Positions 31,935 through 32,576 of a stretch of 32,576 nucleotides of DNA are shown here, in pieces (within the stretch, counting starts at the first letter, position 1; every line of letters starts with the position of its first letter). This DNA comes from Methanomicrobiales archaeon. Its GTDB lineage: Archaea; Halobacteriota; Methanomicrobia; Methanomicrobiales; Methanospirillaceae. Made by a program: the position numbers and the translations under genes. The stretch is from the NCBI GenBank assembly GCA_017883495.1, contig JADGNL010000165.1, positions 1-32,576 on the forward strand, read 5' to 3'. The notes below the pieces were generated by a model, which saw nothing but the letters and a program-made list of their open reading frames with translations, searched no databases and was not told where the DNA came from.

Positions 31935-32576
31935 TCAGCTCCCGGTCAGGCCGCGGGCGAGCAGGGCGTTCCGAAAGAAGGCCGGAACGCGCTGCCCGTA
32001 CTCGTCGGGGTGGCCGGCGAGCGCTCCCGTGTGGTCCACGTCCGGCACGACCCAGAGCTGGGCGCGGTTCCCCGCGACGGCCGCGAAGCGCGTGTTGTAC
32101 GCGACCTCCTTCGGCTCTCTGCCCGAGGCGATGAGGAGGAGTCGGACGTCCGGCGCACCAGCGATCGAGTCGACGATCGGGACGGGCGGGGCGTCGCCCG
32201 TGAAGAGGCCGGTGGCGGCGTAGACCAGACGCGGGTACCCGCTGTGGGGAAGGTCGTCGAGCCCCGGAAGGGCCAGGTACTCCGCGGTCGACCGGTAGGT
32301 CGCGCCCTCGCTCGCGACGGCGCCGAGCGCCGGCGTCGCGTTGAGCGCGCCGAGCAGCACCTCGCCGCCGAGCGAGAGCCCGAGGCCGCCGATGGCCCGG
32401 ACCCCGTCCTGCCCCTGGAGGTACGCGACAGCCGCCTGGACGTCATGCGTCCCCTCCCAGCCGAAGGCGTTGCCGTGGCCCCCGCTGGCGCCGTGACCCC
32501 TGAGGTCGATCGCGAGCACGCCGTAGCCGGCGTCACGGAGCATGGACGCGTGCGCCCGGACGCCCTCGCGCGAGTC
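31935..32576 (-). CDS. alpha/beta hydrolase (dienelactone-hydrolase-like), N-terminus outside window
   Basis: The reading frame stays open to the window edge upstream of the track Met (…DSREGVRAHASMLRDAGYGVLAIDLRGHGAS…). Nucleophile elbow GLSLGG and C-terminal catalytic His context VPDVDHTG. Confidence 0.75.
   Translation of the reverse strand, partial: DSREGVRAHASMLRDAGYGVLAIDLRGHGASGGHGNAFGWEGTHDVQAAVAYLQGQDGVRAIGGLGLSLGGEVLLGALNATPALGAVASEGATYRSTAEYLALPGLDDLPHSGYPRLVYAATGLFTGDAPPVPIVDSIAGAPDVRLLLIASGREPKEVAYNTRFAAVAGNRAQLWVVPDVDHTGALAGHPDEYGQRVPAFFRNALLARGLTGS

Noticed and set aside
1-32576. Scan for CRISPR repeats, transposases/IS ends, integrases, toxin-antitoxin pairs or known defence genes.
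   Set aside because: No regularly spaced direct repeats, terminal inverted repeats or relevant protein motifs were seen by eye. The window reads as conserved core chromosome. A computational repeat search would be needed to exclude short or degenerate repeats.

Overview
Visibly GC-rich (about two-thirds G+C by eye, not computed) archaeal chromosomal segment. It is most consistent with a Methanomicrobiales-type methanogen. The basis is a methanogen-type SerRS, archaeal r-proteins eS1 (S3Ae) and uS15, ApgM, FdhD, the archaeal thiolase/HMG-CoA synthase/DUF35 trio and an RbkR-type riboflavin kinase. I call 39 protein-coding genes: 2 are cut by the window edges and one 54-aa gene is absent from the ORF track. 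I also call one tRNA-Cys(GCA) and several TATA-like boxes and oligo-T terminators. I see no rRNA, CRISPR array, transposase, integrase or recognisable defence gene. Genes were told apart from the many spurious high-GC ORFs by protein motifs, hand-checked third-position G+C, and start/stop coupling (ATGA or TGATG overlaps). Most of the window is housekeeping. The least explained parts are: (1) five consecutive genes made only of CBS motifs (18 in total), headed by a CBS-pair/zinc-ribbon protein. They are transcribed divergently from a conserved but functionally unknown GTPase/DUF2073/zinc-ribbon triad, and this 8-gene module is my best candidate for an undescribed regulatory system. (2) A translationally coupled 73-aa Cys/His-rich ORF wedged between a RecJ/Cdc45-like DHH gene and serS inside a ribosomal-protein operon. 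(3) A metallophosphoesterase fused to what looks like a catalytically dead 2H-phosphoesterase-like domain. (4) Two long GC-rich non-coding spacers (20445-20815 and 24711-25005). (5) A surface-protein cluster containing a 4x PEGA repeat protein. All family assignments are by-eye motif recognition and no database search was run.
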